DNA of 64,000 nt. Source: an uncultured Acidobacteriaceae bacterium (lineage in GTDB: Bacteria; Acidobacteriota; Terriglobia; Terriglobales; Acidobacteriaceae). The position numbers and the translations under genes are program-made. The stretch's first letter is position 1. Every line of letters begins with the position of its first letter. The notes beneath the pieces were generated by a model, which was not told where the DNA came from, ran no database searches, and worked only from the letters and a program-made list of their open reading frames with translations. This document shows, piece after piece, positions 1 to 9,667 of this stretch. The stretch spans positions 216,865-280,864 of the forward strand of contig CAVZKN010000004.1 of assembly GCA_963775845.1 (NCBI GenBank). Reading direction: 5' to 3'.

Positions 1-1
1 A

Positions 2-1147
2 AGTCCGCTGCGCTATGCCTTCGGGGCACATCCTGGTTTTTCGCGGATCATCATCGAGGTCGAAACCGACGAAGGGCTGGTCGGGCTCGGTGAATGTTAT
101 GGCGGCGCCAGCCGCGAAGGTCAACTGACAGAGATGCGTCCGCTGCTCATCGGCGAAGATCCGATGCAACTGGAACGAATCCGCTGGAAATTGGCGGCGC
201 CGAGTTCGCTGAAGTTATTTGGCCATGTGCTCGGCTTTGCCGGTCTTGAGTTCGCCGTGCTCGATCTCCAGGGCCAGATCCTGGGCAAACCTGTTTGCGA
301 AATCATCGGAGGAAAATTCCGCGACGAGGTTGCTTTCTCCGCCTATCTTTTTTATCGCTACCCGAACGATCGGGGAAAGGGAGAGATTTCGAACGCGCAG
401 CAGATGGTGGCGTTTGCGAAAGAGGTCGTCAAGAAATATGGCTTCGAGACCTTGAAGTATAAAAACGGAGTGATGCCCCCGGATGAAGAGATTGAAACCT
501 TCATTGCCTTGCGCAAGGCCTTTCCGCGGCTGCGAATCCGTCTTGATCCCAACGCCGCGTGGTCAGTCACGACGGCGGTGCGAGTAGCGCGACAGTTGCA
601 TGAATATGATGTTGAGTATCTCGAGGATCCAGTGTGGGGCATGAGAGCGATGGCGCGAGTGAATGCGAAGGCACCGTGGATTACGCTGGCGTCGAATATG
701 TCGGTGTTTGCCTTCGAAGACCTCGTGCCCAATGCCGTGATGAATATTCTCGACGTGGTGCTGCTGGATCCACACTGGTACGGGGGTATCGCGCGCGCCC
801 GGTTGGCGGGCCAGCTTTGCGAGGCGATGGGTGTGGATGTGGGCATGCACAGCGGAGCCGAATTCGGCATCTCGCAGGCCGCGATGCTGCATTTGGCCGC
901 TTCGCTTCCCAACCTGCTTGCGGCGCCCGATTCGCATTATCACCACCTCACCGACGATGTGATCGCTGGAGGCAAGCTGAAATTCGTAGGCGGCAAGATG
1001 AAGGTGCCGAAAGGTCCGGGGCTCGGGGTGAAGCTCGACCGCGACAAACTCTCCAAGTATCACGAACTTTCAAAGAAGCGCGCTATGGGGTCGTGGATCG
1101 AAGATCCACATCGTCCCGGTTCCATCACGTATCAACCCAAGTGGTAA
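2..1147 (+). CDS. Enolase-superfamily dehydratase, glucarate dehydratase (GudD)-like; the 5' end lies outside the window
   Basis: The frame stays open from base 2, reading ...IIIEVETDEGLVGLGECYGG... upstream of the listed ATG at 134. The translation has LKYKNG, RLDPNAAW and YLEDP strands and a C-terminal half that aligns from memory with E. coli GudD. Confidence 0.8.
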   Translation, partial: SPLRYAFGAHPGFSRIIIEVETDEGLVGLGECYGGASREGQLTEMRPLLIGEDPMQLERIRWKLAAPSSLKLFGHVLGFAGLEFAVLDLQGQILGKPVCEIIGGKFRDEVAFSAYLFYRYPNDRGKGEISNAQQMVAFAKEVVKKYGFETLKYKNGVMPPDEEIETFIALRKAFPRLRIRLDPNAAWSVTTAVRVARQLHEYDVEYLEDPVWGMRAMARVNAKAPWITLASNMSVFAFEDLVPNAVMNILDVVLLDPHWYGGIARARLAGQLCEAMGVDVGMHSGAEFGISQAAMLHLAASLPNLLAAPDSHYHHLTDDVIAGGKLKFVGGKMKVPKGPGLGVKLDRDKLSKYHELSKKRAMGSWIEDPHRPGSITYQPKW

Positions 1148-1160
1148 CGCCGACTGTTGC

Positions 1161-4100
1161 ATGCTTGAACTGGGAAGACCGATGACATGTGTTGGGCGCA
1201 CGATGTGGTTGCTGCTCGTGCTCGGTATAGCCTGCGTGTCTGGCTTCGCGCAGGAACCTATGATCTGGCGCATCGGCACTTTCGATCATTCTTCCGGCGA
1301 GTTTCGAGCGAACTCGGAGGATTATGGCAATCCGAAGTTCGATCCGGTGTATCACGTCGGCGCGAATCCGATCGACACCAAGAAAGACAGTGAGGATTGG
1401 CAGAGGTTTCAGCCCGGCCCAGCGAACGGCATGGCGGGCGGTCGCGAGCACCCTTTCACGATTGTGTTCGACTTGCACGGCTCAGCTACGGGCGTCTTTC
1501 ACCTGAAGATTGCGATTTTGTATGAGACGCCGCGCTTGTCTCACTTGCGAGTTAACCTCAACGGACATTCTGGGATTTTCTACTTCCACCCGCAACTCGA
1601 TTACGGTGCCGGCGACTGGGAAGGAACGTTTGTCCCCCAGACCTCGACCGATACAAAGACTATCGATCTGCCTTCGGACTGGTTTCGCTTGAGCGATAAC
1701 CGGCTTGTGCTCACCGCCCTGGATGATCCTTCGACGGTTGAAAATTCTCTGGGATCGATTGCGCTTGGCCACAGCGGGCTGGTTTATGACGCGCTTGAAC
1801 TGACGCAGGATGCCGCGGCGATCTATGCGCGTGACAGCATCACAATACAGATTCAGCCAACGTTTTTTTATCGCCGTTTGTCCGAAGGGCTTTCCGAACT
1901 GATAGAAGGCGATGCGTCTTTTGCGGCGATGCCGCAGGAATGGTCGGCAACACTTGAGGTCAGCGACAAAAAGTACGAGCAGCGAGTCAAGACGCCTGAG
2001 CAATTCGGGGAAAACCGCTTAGAGTTCGACGTTCCAGAGTGGCAGGGAACAAAGTCGGGCACGCTGGTTGTCAAAACTCCGAGCACGGTGCGCAGGTTTC
2101 CGGTGGAGTTGCCCCCGGCCAAGAAGTGGACGATCTTCATTGTTCCGCATGAGCACCTGGATATCGGTTTCACCGACTACGCGGCCAAGGTGGCGGAACT
2201 GCATTCGCAGGCTCTCGATGGCGTGATCGATTTGATGCGCGAGGTGCCTGACTTCCGCTGGACGCTCGACGGCTACTGGGTCCTCGATCAATATTTAAAC
2301 GGCCGCTCGCCCGCGCGGGGCGCTGAATTGCTGCGCTTGATTAAAGACGGCAAGATTACTGTCCCGCCGCAGTTTGCCAACCAGCACACCGGAGTTGCAT
2401 CGCTCGAAGGATTGGCGCGTTCACTTTATGGTTCGCACATCTTCGCCAGGCAGCACGATCTTCCGCTGGGAGCCGCTCACATCACCGATGTACCCTCTTA
2501 TTCGTGGTCGTATGCTTCGATTTTGCACGATGCCGGGATCAGGTATTTTGCGGCCGGCAGCAACTCGTGGCGCGCGCCGGTAATGCTGCAAGGGCGGTGG
2601 AACGAGAAGTCTCCTTTTTATTGGGAGGGCCCGGACGGTGGCCGGGTGTTGATGTGGTATTCGCGTGCGTACCTGCAAATGGCCACGCTGTTTGGAACGC
2701 CGCCGCGGGTGGCGGCTGTGCGCGACGCTCTGCCTGTTTTCCTGCAGGCGTATTCGCGACCCAACTATAAGGCGACCGCCGCGATCATCTTTGGCACGCA
2801 ACTTGAGAACACAGTGCTTAGCAAAGACCAGGCCTACCTTCGTGACGAGTGGCAGAAGCAGTTCACCTGGCCGCGGATTGAATACTCGAACTTTGCCGAG
2901 GCAATGGCAGAAATCGAAAAGCAATTTGGCTCAGACATCCCGGTTTATCGCGGAGACTTCGGGCCTTACTGGGAAGACGGCTTTGGCTCAGACGCCAGGC
3001 ATACGGCGCTGCACCGGCAAAACCAGCAGCGAATTCTGTCAGCAGAAAAACTGGCGACGATCCCCGCGCTCCTTAATACAGAGCTTCGACCGGATTACCG
3101 CCAACTGGAGCAGGCCTGGAATAACATGCTGCTCTTCGACGAGCACACGTGGGCCTACGTTGGGGCCACCACGCAACCTGAGCACGAGGAGACCGTCACT
3201 CAGCTCGCGCTCAAGGGCGCGCGCACGACCGAAGCAGAACGGGAGATAACCGAATCTCTACAGCGCAGTTGGGCGCAATTCGAATCGTTTCTTGAACCGA
3301 AAGAGCCCTCGGCCGTCGTCTTCAATCCGCTCAACTGGCGTCGCACGGCGCTAGTGAGCTTCGATCTGCCAGACGGGCTCGGAATATTCGATGATGCGAC
3401 GGGCGAGCCTGTGCCTTATGAAACTGTTAGCGTTGGCAAGGGCATGTCGCTCCCTGGATTCGGTGGTGGTTATCGCCGCGTGCGCTTCCCTGCTGAAAAT
3501 GTTCCGGGACTCGGTTACAAATTGTTTGCTTTGCGGTCCGCACCGAAAGCTGACGAGGATGCGAATGTCCAGGAATCGCCACGCGACCGCACCATCTTCG
3601 AAAATTCGTATTATCGAATAACCATCGATCCCTCGTCCGGTGCCGTCAGCAATATCTGGGACAAGGAACTGAAGCGCGAACTGGTGGATCCGGCGAGCGC
3701 ATTTCGTTTTGGAGCGTATCTTTACGTAACCGGCGCCGACGACATGCCGAACAACAGTTTGTATCGCTATGGCGGCACTCTGAAACCGCCGGCTCTGACC
3801 ACCAAGGCAGCGAGCAACGGGCGCTTGTTATCCGCAACGCAGGTTGCGTACGGGACGATTATTGCAATGGAGGCTTCCGCTCCGAACACGCCGGCGATTC
3901 GGCTTGAGATCACGCTCTATAACACGAGGAAACAGATTGACTTTGCCTATCGGATTTCCAAAGAGACGACGCTCAAGAAAGAAGCGGTATACATTGCGTT
4001 CCCTTTCGCCTCCCACAATCCGCAGTTTGCTTATGACACGCAGAATGGCTGGGTGAATCCTGCCACGGATGAGTTGGCCGGAGGAAGCCATGAGTGGTAT

Positions 4101-4796
4101 GCCGTGCAGCACTGGGCGGCGGTGCATGATGCCGGATTCATGGCTGCTGTGATTCCACATGACGCTCCGCTGGTGAACTTCGGAGACATCGTGCGCGGCA
4201 ACTGGCCGGTGGAATTTCATCCGCAATCGGCCGCCATTTTTTCCTGGCTGATGAACAATTATTGGGGCACGAATTTCGCGCCGCAACAGGGCGGAGAATT
4301 TACCTTTCGCTACACTCTGGTGAGCGATAGCAATTTCGATGCTGCTAAGCTCAACCGGTTGGGAAACGAGGCTATGACGCCGCTCGAAGTGGACCAGGTT
4401 GGCGCGGGAGCAACTAAGGGCAACTTACGCCAAGGGCTGCCGGGCAACGAGGCGAGCTTGCTCGAGGTCGACAACCCGTCCGTTTCCGTCACGACCTGGA
4501 AACTCGCGGAAGATGGGCGAGGCAGCATCTTGCGAATTGAGGACACAAGCGGCAAAGAGCAGACGGTGAACATTCACAGCACTTATCTGAAGTTCGACGA
4601 GGTCTGGCGATGTTCGCTGCTTGAGGATGATCTGCAAAAGATCAACTTTGACAGTCATCCTTCTCATGATCACGCTTCTCACGATCATAGTTCTCACGAT
4701 CATGATTTCCAGATCGAAGTAAAGCCGTTCGAAATCGTGACTCTGCGCTTGCGGACCAGCCCGGATTTCACCGAGGGATCAGTCACAACAAAATGA
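1161..4796 (+). CDS. Large secreted glycoside hydrolase, GH38 (alpha-mannosidase)-like core with an N-terminal extension of about 320 aa
   Basis: The 1211-aa ORF has a signal-like N-terminus (MWLLLVLGIACVSGFAQEP). FIVPHEHLDIGFTDY fits the GH38 metal-site pattern PHxHxDxG, and HITDVPSYSW sits where GH38 has its nucleophile block (IDPFGHS). The start is uncertain (1161, 1182 or 1203). Confidence 0.6.
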   Translation: MLELGRPMTCVGRTMWLLLVLGIACVSGFAQEPMIWRIGTFDHSSGEFRANSEDYGNPKFDPVYHVGANPIDTKKDSEDWQRFQPGPANGMAGGREHPFTIVFDLHGSATGVFHLKIAILYETPRLSHLRVNLNGHSGIFYFHPQLDYGAGDWEGTFVPQTSTDTKTIDLPSDWFRLSDNRLVLTALDDPSTVENSLGSIALGHSGLVYDALELTQDAAAIYARDSITIQIQPTFFYRRLSEGLSELIEGDASFAAMPQEWSATLEVSDKKYEQRVKTPEQFGENRLEFDVPEWQGTKSGTLVVKTPSTVRRFPVELPPAKKWTIFIVPHEHLDIGFTDYAAKVAELHSQALDGVIDLMREVPDFRWTLDGYWVLDQYLNGRSPARGAELLRLIKDGKITVPPQFANQHTGVASLEGLARSLYGSHIFARQHDLPLGAAHITDVPSYSWSYASILHDAGIRYFAAGSNSWRAPVMLQGRWNEKSPFYWEGPDGGRVLMWYSRAYLQMATLFGTPPRVAAVRDALPVFLQAYSRPNYKATAAIIFGTQLENTVLSKDQAYLRDEWQKQFTWPRIEYSNFAEAMAEIEKQFGSDIPVYRGDFGPYWEDGFGSDARHTALHRQNQQRILSAEKLATIPALLNTELRPDYRQLEQAWNNMLLFDEHTWAYVGATTQPEHEETVTQLALKGARTTEAEREITESLQRSWAQFESFLEPKEPSAVVFNPLNWRRTALVSFDLPDGLGIFDDATGEPVPYETVSVGKGMSLPGFGGGYRRVRFPAENVPGLGYKLFALRSAPKADEDANVQESPRDRTIFENSYYRITIDPSSGAVSNIWDKELKRELVDPASAFRFGAYLYVTGADDMPNNSLYRYGGTLKPPALTTKAASNGRLLSATQVAYGTIIAMEASAPNTPAIRLEITLYNTRKQIDFAYRISKETTLKKEAVYIAFPFASHNPQFAYDTQNGWVNPATDELAGGSHEWYAVQHWAAVHDAGFMAAVIPHDAPLVNFGDIVRGNWPVEFHPQSAAIFSWLMNNYWGTNFAPQQGGEFTFRYTLVSDSNFDAAKLNRLGNEAMTPLEVDQVGAGATKGNLRQGLPGNEASLLEVDNPSVSVTTWKLAEDGRGSILRIEDTSGKEQTVNIHSTYLKFDEVWRCSLLEDDLQKINFDSHPSHDHASHDHSSHDHDFQIEVKPFEIVTLRLRTSPDFTEGSVTTK
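4653..4706 (+). repeat. In-frame His-rich tandem repeat (S-H-D-H x3) near the C-terminus of the GH38-like protein
   Basis: The DNA reads agt cat cct tct cat gat cac gct tct cac gat cat agt tct cac gat cat gat, which translates to SHPSHDHASHDHSSHDHD. The unit is 12 nt. Confidence 0.9.
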
Positions 4797-5623
4797 GGCG
4801 CCTCCTAATGAGCATCCACTTCCGGGATAAAGTCGTCGTCGTGACTGGCGGCGCCATGGGTATCGGCGAGGCGACGGCGCGCAAGTTTGCGGATCTCGGA
4901 GCGCATGTTGCGATTCTCGACGTCGACGCCGAAGCGGGCCGCAAAACCGCGCAAGCGCTCGGAAGAAACGCGCGCGCCGAATTCTATTCCTGCAACGTCG
5001 GAATTCCCGCAGAGGTCGAGCGGGCAATTGCCGCCGTTATTCGTGACTTTGGCGGCATCGATGTGCTCGTCAGCAATGCTGGCATCCAGCGCTACGGAGA
5101 CGTCGTCGGGACCACGGAAGAATTGTGGGACGAGGTGATGGCCGTAAATCTCAAAGGCTGTTTTCATAGCGCCAAGCATGTGGTTCCGAGCATGAAAAAG
5201 CGCGGGGGTGGTGCGATTGTGGTCGTAGGTTCGGTACAGTGCTTCACCGCCGTGGGAAATTCAGCGGCTTACGTTACCGCCAAGCACGCGCTGCTCGGAC
5301 TGGTTCGGGCCATGTCGCTCGATTACGCGCGAGACAGGATTCGCGTCAACTGCGTTTGCCCGGGTGCGATTGATACTCCCATGCTGCGCTGGGCCGCTAA
5401 TCTGGATGCGAACCCTGAAAAAGTTCTGGCCACCTGCGATCGCATGCACGCGCTGGGACGGATGGGCAAGCCGGATGAGGTTGCATCCGCGATTGCTTTT
5501 CTGGCCAGCGATTGGGCTTCATTCATAACCGGAGCGGCGTTGATGGTAGATGGAGGAATGCTCGTACCAACCGGCGGAATGGGCTTTCAGGAAGGCGGCA
5601 CCGGGGCCGCCACCAAGATTTAG
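4793..5623 (+). CDS. Short-chain dehydrogenase/reductase (classical SDR)
   Basis: TGGAMGIG cofactor motif and catalytic YVTAK (YxxxK). The ATG overlaps the upstream stop (ATGA). An alternative start is at 4808. Confidence 0.85.
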   Translation: MRRLLMSIHFRDKVVVVTGGAMGIGEATARKFADLGAHVAILDVDAEAGRKTAQALGRNARAEFYSCNVGIPAEVERAIAAVIRDFGGIDVLVSNAGIQRYGDVVGTTEELWDEVMAVNLKGCFHSAKHVVPSMKKRGGGAIVVVGSVQCFTAVGNSAAYVTAKHALLGLVRAMSLDYARDRIRVNCVCPGAIDTPMLRWAANLDANPEKVLATCDRMHALGRMGKPDEVASAIAFLASDWASFITGAALMVDGGMLVPTGGMGFQEGGTGAATKI

Positions 5624-5632
5624 GAGAAGCGC

Positions 5633-6391
5633 GTGAAATTGTGCGGCAAAGTGGCGATTATCACCGGGGCTGGCGCAGGCATTGGCAGAGCTTGCTGCCT
5701 GCTGTTCGCGGCCGAAGGAGCAAAGGTTGTCGCCGTCGATCTTGATGGAGCAGCATTGGACGCGCTTACAGAAGAGCTTCGGCGGGCGGGCGGGACGGTC
5801 CTGGCGCTTCAGGCTGACGTCTCGCGGGCGGCGGATGTCGAGCGCGTGGTCGCAGCAGCGGTGCAGAATTATGGCGCGGTTCATATTCTGTTTAGTAACG
5901 CGGGCATTGTGCCTCACGGCAAGATTCATGAAACAACCGAAGCGGAGTGGGATCGCGCCATGGCAGTCAACGTAAAGAGCATGTATCTGATGTCCCATGC
6001 CGTGGTGCCAATATTTCTCAAGCAACGCCGCGGAGTGATTTTGAACACCTCGTCCGCGACCGCGCTGCGTAGCGTTGTTGATCGGGCTGCTTATAGTGCC
6101 TCGAAAGGAGCGGTCCTGGCGCTTACGAAAAGCATGGCGATTGATTACGTGCGTGATGGGATTCGCGTGAATTGTCTTTGTCCCGGGACGATCGATACCC
6201 CGTCGTTGCAGCAACGGCTGGCAGCGTTTCCCGATCCCGAAGAGGCTAGAAAACAGTTTGTCGGGCGGCAGCCGATGGGGCGGCTGGGCACGGCGGAAGA
6301 GGTCGCAGAGGCCGCGCTGTTCCTTGTCTCGGATGCTGCGGCGTTTGTGACCGGAACTGCTCTTTCTATTGATGGAGGCTTCACGGCCTGA
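5633..6391 (+). CDS. Short-chain dehydrogenase/reductase (classical SDR)
   Basis: TGAGAGIG motif and YSASK (YxxxK). GTG start preceded by AGGAG at 5623-5627. Confidence 0.85.
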   Translation: MKLCGKVAIITGAGAGIGRACCLLFAAEGAKVVAVDLDGAALDALTEELRRAGGTVLALQADVSRAADVERVVAAAVQNYGAVHILFSNAGIVPHGKIHETTEAEWDRAMAVNVKSMYLMSHAVVPIFLKQRRGVILNTSSATALRSVVDRAAYSASKGAVLALTKSMAIDYVRDGIRVNCLCPGTIDTPSLQQRLAAFPDPEEARKQFVGRQPMGRLGTAEEVAEAALFLVSDAAAFVTGTALSIDGGFTA

Positions 6392-6394
6392 GCG

Positions 6395-7579
6395 ATGAAA
6401 GCGATGCCTCCCACATTTGCGAAGACGAAATGGCGCGGGCGTCCGGCATTTTGCCTGAGTAATGGAGTCGTGCAACTCATCACGCTTAGCGGAGGCGGGC
6501 ACATCGCCGATTTCCGCCTCGTTGATCTGGCAGGTAACAGCGTCAATGCCTTGTGGGAGGCTCCTTGGCCCACGATGGACCCCGCCAAATTTCGTAAGAA
6601 CCATGTTCGCAAGTACGGTCCACCGGCGGTGGGAAAATTTCTCGCCTCGTTTACCGGGCATGCGGTTTGCGTTGACTATTTTGGCGGCCCATCGGAAGCC
6701 GAAGCTGCGCAAGGTTTGGCCTTGCACGGAGAAGCCGCGAACTTGCGTTGGAAGTTGCAGCATTCCGGACATAGCCGCGTTGATACACAGCTTTCCATGG
6801 CTGTGCGTTTGCCGGCGTCAGGTCTGCGGTTGTGCCGTGAAATTCGTTTGCGGAAGGGCGAATGTGCTGTGTACGTTGAAGAAACTTTGACCAACGAACG
6901 CGCGCAGGACCATTTCTTCCACTGGACTCAGCACGTCACGCTCGGTCTACCATTGTTGCAGGTGAGCGAAAGCGTGATCACTCTGCCGGGAACTCGCGCT
7001 ATAACTTGGCCGCATGGCTACGAGGGAGTAAGTCTGTTGCGCGACGATAAGGAATTCACCTGGCCTGAGGCTCCGGCGATCGGGGGCGGCAAGGTAAATC
7101 TCGCCCATCCGTTTTCTGAGGATGGCAAAGGATTTGTTGCGGGCGTGCTGCTCGATCTACAACGCGAACTGGGCTTCGTGTCGGCACTGAACTGGCGACT
7201 TGGGCTTTTGCTCGGTTACTGCTTTCGTCGCACAGATTTTCCCTGGGTCGCAATCTGGGAGGAAAATGTTGCGCGCCAGGGTTCGCCGTGGAATGGGAAA
7301 ACTCGCGCCCGAGGCCTGGAATTTGGTACGACTCCGATGCCGGTTGGAAAAGAAGAAACGTTCTTGCGCGGCACGCTATTCGATATGCCTACGTTTCGCC
7401 GGATTCCGGCGAGATCGAAGTTGCGAGTTCCTTATGTAGCTTTTCTTACGAAGGTCAGTTCCTCCTGGCGCTCGATTCGTGACATACAGGTCGAGAGAGA
7501 GAGGATCATTGTGACGGAAGGGCGCGGAGAGCAATTGCAACTACGAGCCACAGGGCTCAAGAAGTTGGGTTTGGCATAG
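6395..7579 (+). CDS. Hypothetical protein, possibly of the aldose-1-epimerase (galactose mutarotase-like) superfamily
   Basis: The 394-aa ORF is tightly packed after the SDR gene. Segments such as LALHGEAANLRWKL and TNERAQDHFFHWTQHVTLG resemble mutarotase-fold signatures. This is a weak, motif-level call. Confidence 0.4.
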   Translation: MKAMPPTFAKTKWRGRPAFCLSNGVVQLITLSGGGHIADFRLVDLAGNSVNALWEAPWPTMDPAKFRKNHVRKYGPPAVGKFLASFTGHAVCVDYFGGPSEAEAAQGLALHGEAANLRWKLQHSGHSRVDTQLSMAVRLPASGLRLCREIRLRKGECAVYVEETLTNERAQDHFFHWTQHVTLGLPLLQVSESVITLPGTRAITWPHGYEGVSLLRDDKEFTWPEAPAIGGGKVNLAHPFSEDGKGFVAGVLLDLQRELGFVSALNWRLGLLLGYCFRRTDFPWVAIWEENVARQGSPWNGKTRARGLEFGTTPMPVGKEETFLRGTLFDMPTFRRIPARSKLRVPYVAFLTKVSSSWRSIRDIQVERERIIVTEGRGEQLQLRATGLKKLGLA

Positions 7580-7658
7580 CTAATGACATTTGTGCAGAGA
7601 CGCGGCTTGTGGCGTCTCACGCTGCGAGATGTAGGTTCGATTGGGAACTGGAGAGAAC

Positions 7659-8678
7659 ATGGATCAAGCCAGTGCCGGCCTCTTGATATTAGTAGTCGCG
7701 GGCGTTATGAATGCCAGCTTCACCTTGCCCATGAAGTTCACCCGCAAATGGAGCTGGGAGAACACCTGGCTGGTCTGGACTTTGTTTGCGCTGGTGATCT
7801 TTCCGCCGCTCGCCGCGTTCGCCACGATTCCTCAACTCACACCGCTCTATGCGGAGGTAAGTCCGGTCATGGTCGTGACCGTCGCGATTTTCGGCGCTGG
7901 TTGGGGAATTGCGCAGGTGCTCTTCGGACTGGCCGTCGATTCCATCGGAATCGCATTGACGTTCTCGATCGTGCTCGGTATCTCGGCGGCTGTGGGTAGC
8001 GTAATCCCCCTGGTCCGCCTGCATCCGGAAAAGCTCTGGACCACTGGCGGTCTGATAACGATCGCCGGCGTTGTACTCGTTATTATTGGGGTTGCAGTTT
8101 GCGCGGTTGCGGGGCGCCGCCGCGAAGAGGCCATGGCCGCGCGTGACGGTCGTCCAGAAGTCAATATGAGCCGTGGATTAGCGTTCGCTATTCTCTGTGG
8201 CTTTGGAGCTGCGCTGGTGAATTTCGGACTTGCCTTCGGCGTTCCGCTGATGGATGCCGCTAAGAGGCACGGGGCCGCTGACCTTTGGGCAGGGAATGCG
8301 GTGTGGCTGCCACTGATGCTTGCCGGTTCGATTCCGAATTTTGCATACTGCATCTATCTTCTTAATAAGAATAAGACCGCTGATCGTTACGCTATCGCGG
8401 GTACTGCATCGTACTGGTTGCTCGCTGCAATCATGGCCTTTTTTTGGTTTGGCAGCACGGCGCTCTACGGCATTGCAGCCGGCAAGTTGGGTAGCTGGGG
8501 CACGATTCTCGGCTGGCCGTTGTTCATGTCGCTGATCGTCATTACCGCAAGCATTCTGGGATTTATCACTGGGGAATGGAAAGGCAGCGGCAAAGCTCCG
8601 CTGCGAATCCAGGTAGGTGGGGTAGTTGTGCTGGTGCTGGCGGTGTTCGTTCTGGGTACGGCCAGCCGTTGGGTGTAG
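7659..8678 (+). CDS. Sugar:H+ symporter of the L-rhamnose-proton symport (RhaT) family
   Basis: A polytopic membrane protein with an N-terminus (NASFTLPMKF...WSWENTWLVW) like RhaT-family proteins. ATG at 7659 follows GGAGAG. The ORF track starts at a TTG at 7641. Confidence 0.7.
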   Translation: MDQASAGLLILVVAGVMNASFTLPMKFTRKWSWENTWLVWTLFALVIFPPLAAFATIPQLTPLYAEVSPVMVVTVAIFGAGWGIAQVLFGLAVDSIGIALTFSIVLGISAAVGSVIPLVRLHPEKLWTTGGLITIAGVVLVIIGVAVCAVAGRRREEAMAARDGRPEVNMSRGLAFAILCGFGAALVNFGLAFGVPLMDAAKRHGAADLWAGNAVWLPLMLAGSIPNFAYCIYLLNKNKTADRYAIAGTASYWLLAAIMAFFWFGSTALYGIAAGKLGSWGTILGWPLFMSLIVITASILGFITGEWKGSGKAPLRIQVGGVVVLVLAVFVLGTASRWV

Positions 8679-8697
8679 CAGGAGCCGGGGAGGAAGC

Positions 8698-9636
8698 ATG
8701 AAAGCACTGGCCATCGATCTCGGAGGCTCACACGCCACCTGCGCGGTTTTGGACGATCGTTCAATCCTCGCCGAGGCGGTGGTGAGCACCGACGGCACAC
8801 AGGGGCTCGGCCCGGTTCTTCCGCTCTTAGCCGAAACGTTCGGCCAGTTGCTGCAGAAAACCGGACTCAGCGCGAAAGACTGTGCCGGGCTCGGATTCAG
8901 CTTTTGCGGATTGGCGGATACCCGCATCGGCCGTGTCGTCTCCACTAATCAGAAGTATGATGACGCGGTCGGCATTGACTTCGTGGCATGGTCGCAAAAG
9001 GAATTCGGGCTTCCTCTGAGAATTGAAAATGACGCCCGTATGGCGCTTCTTGGAGAGCGGTATGCCGGAGCAGCCCGCGGGTTCGACGACATAGTCATGA
9101 CTACGCTGGGCACCGGCATCGGCGGAGCGGCCATGATTGGCGGAACGCTGATTCGTGGCAAGCACGCGCAGGGGGGCTGCCTTGGCGGGCATCTTCCTGT
9201 GCTGTTCAACGGTCGCGCATGCACTTGTGGAAACATCGGGTGTCCCGAGGCCGAGGCGGCCGGATGGTCGATTCCGCTGGTGGCGCGCGACTGGCCGGAC
9301 TATGCCGACAGCGCTTTGGGAAACGATGAGCCGGTAAATTTCGAAAAGCTCTTTCGCTACGCCGCACGGGGAGATTCAGTGGCTCTTGCGCTCCGCGATC
9401 GCTGTCTGCATATCTGGGCGGCGAGCACGACGGGCCTGATTCACGCGTACGATCCTGAAATCGTCGTCTACGGTGGAGGCGTGATGAAGAGCGCCGATAT
9501 CATCATTCCTTTTGTGCAAGCTTATGTGGAGAAGCACGCTTGGACTCCGTGGGGGAAAGTGAAAGTAAGAGCGGCGGAACTGGGAAACAATGCGGGGCTG
9601 CTGGGAGCGATTCCATTGCTGCTGGAGCAGAGATAA
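8698..9636 (+). CDS. ROK-family sugar kinase
   Basis: AIDLGGSH ATP-binding start, LGTGIGGA motif and the ROK zinc motif CTCGNIGCPE. ATG at 8698 follows GGAGGAAG. The listed start at 8626 overlaps the permease gene. Confidence 0.8.
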   Translation: MKALAIDLGGSHATCAVLDDRSILAEAVVSTDGTQGLGPVLPLLAETFGQLLQKTGLSAKDCAGLGFSFCGLADTRIGRVVSTNQKYDDAVGIDFVAWSQKEFGLPLRIENDARMALLGERYAGAARGFDDIVMTTLGTGIGGAAMIGGTLIRGKHAQGGCLGGHLPVLFNGRACTCGNIGCPEAEAAGWSIPLVARDWPDYADSALGNDEPVNFEKLFRYAARGDSVALALRDRCLHIWAASTTGLIHAYDPEIVVYGGGVMKSADIIIPFVQAYVEKHAWTPWGKVKVRAAELGNNAGLLGAIPLLLEQR

Positions 9637-9667
9637 CTGTCATTAGGCTTAAGGGCGAGGAGCGAGA

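Noticed and set aside
5519-6772. A 417-aa minus-strand ORF antisense to the second SDR gene. Similar long antisense or out-of-frame ORFs include 358-912, 9851-10873, 11795-13159, 37924-38997, 44124-45164, 48418-49281 and 54610-55431.
   Set aside because: They overlap genes with clear family motifs on the other strand or frame. They translate to Arg/Pro/Gly-rich low-information sequence and have no motifs. These are the shadow ORFs expected in GC-rich DNA.
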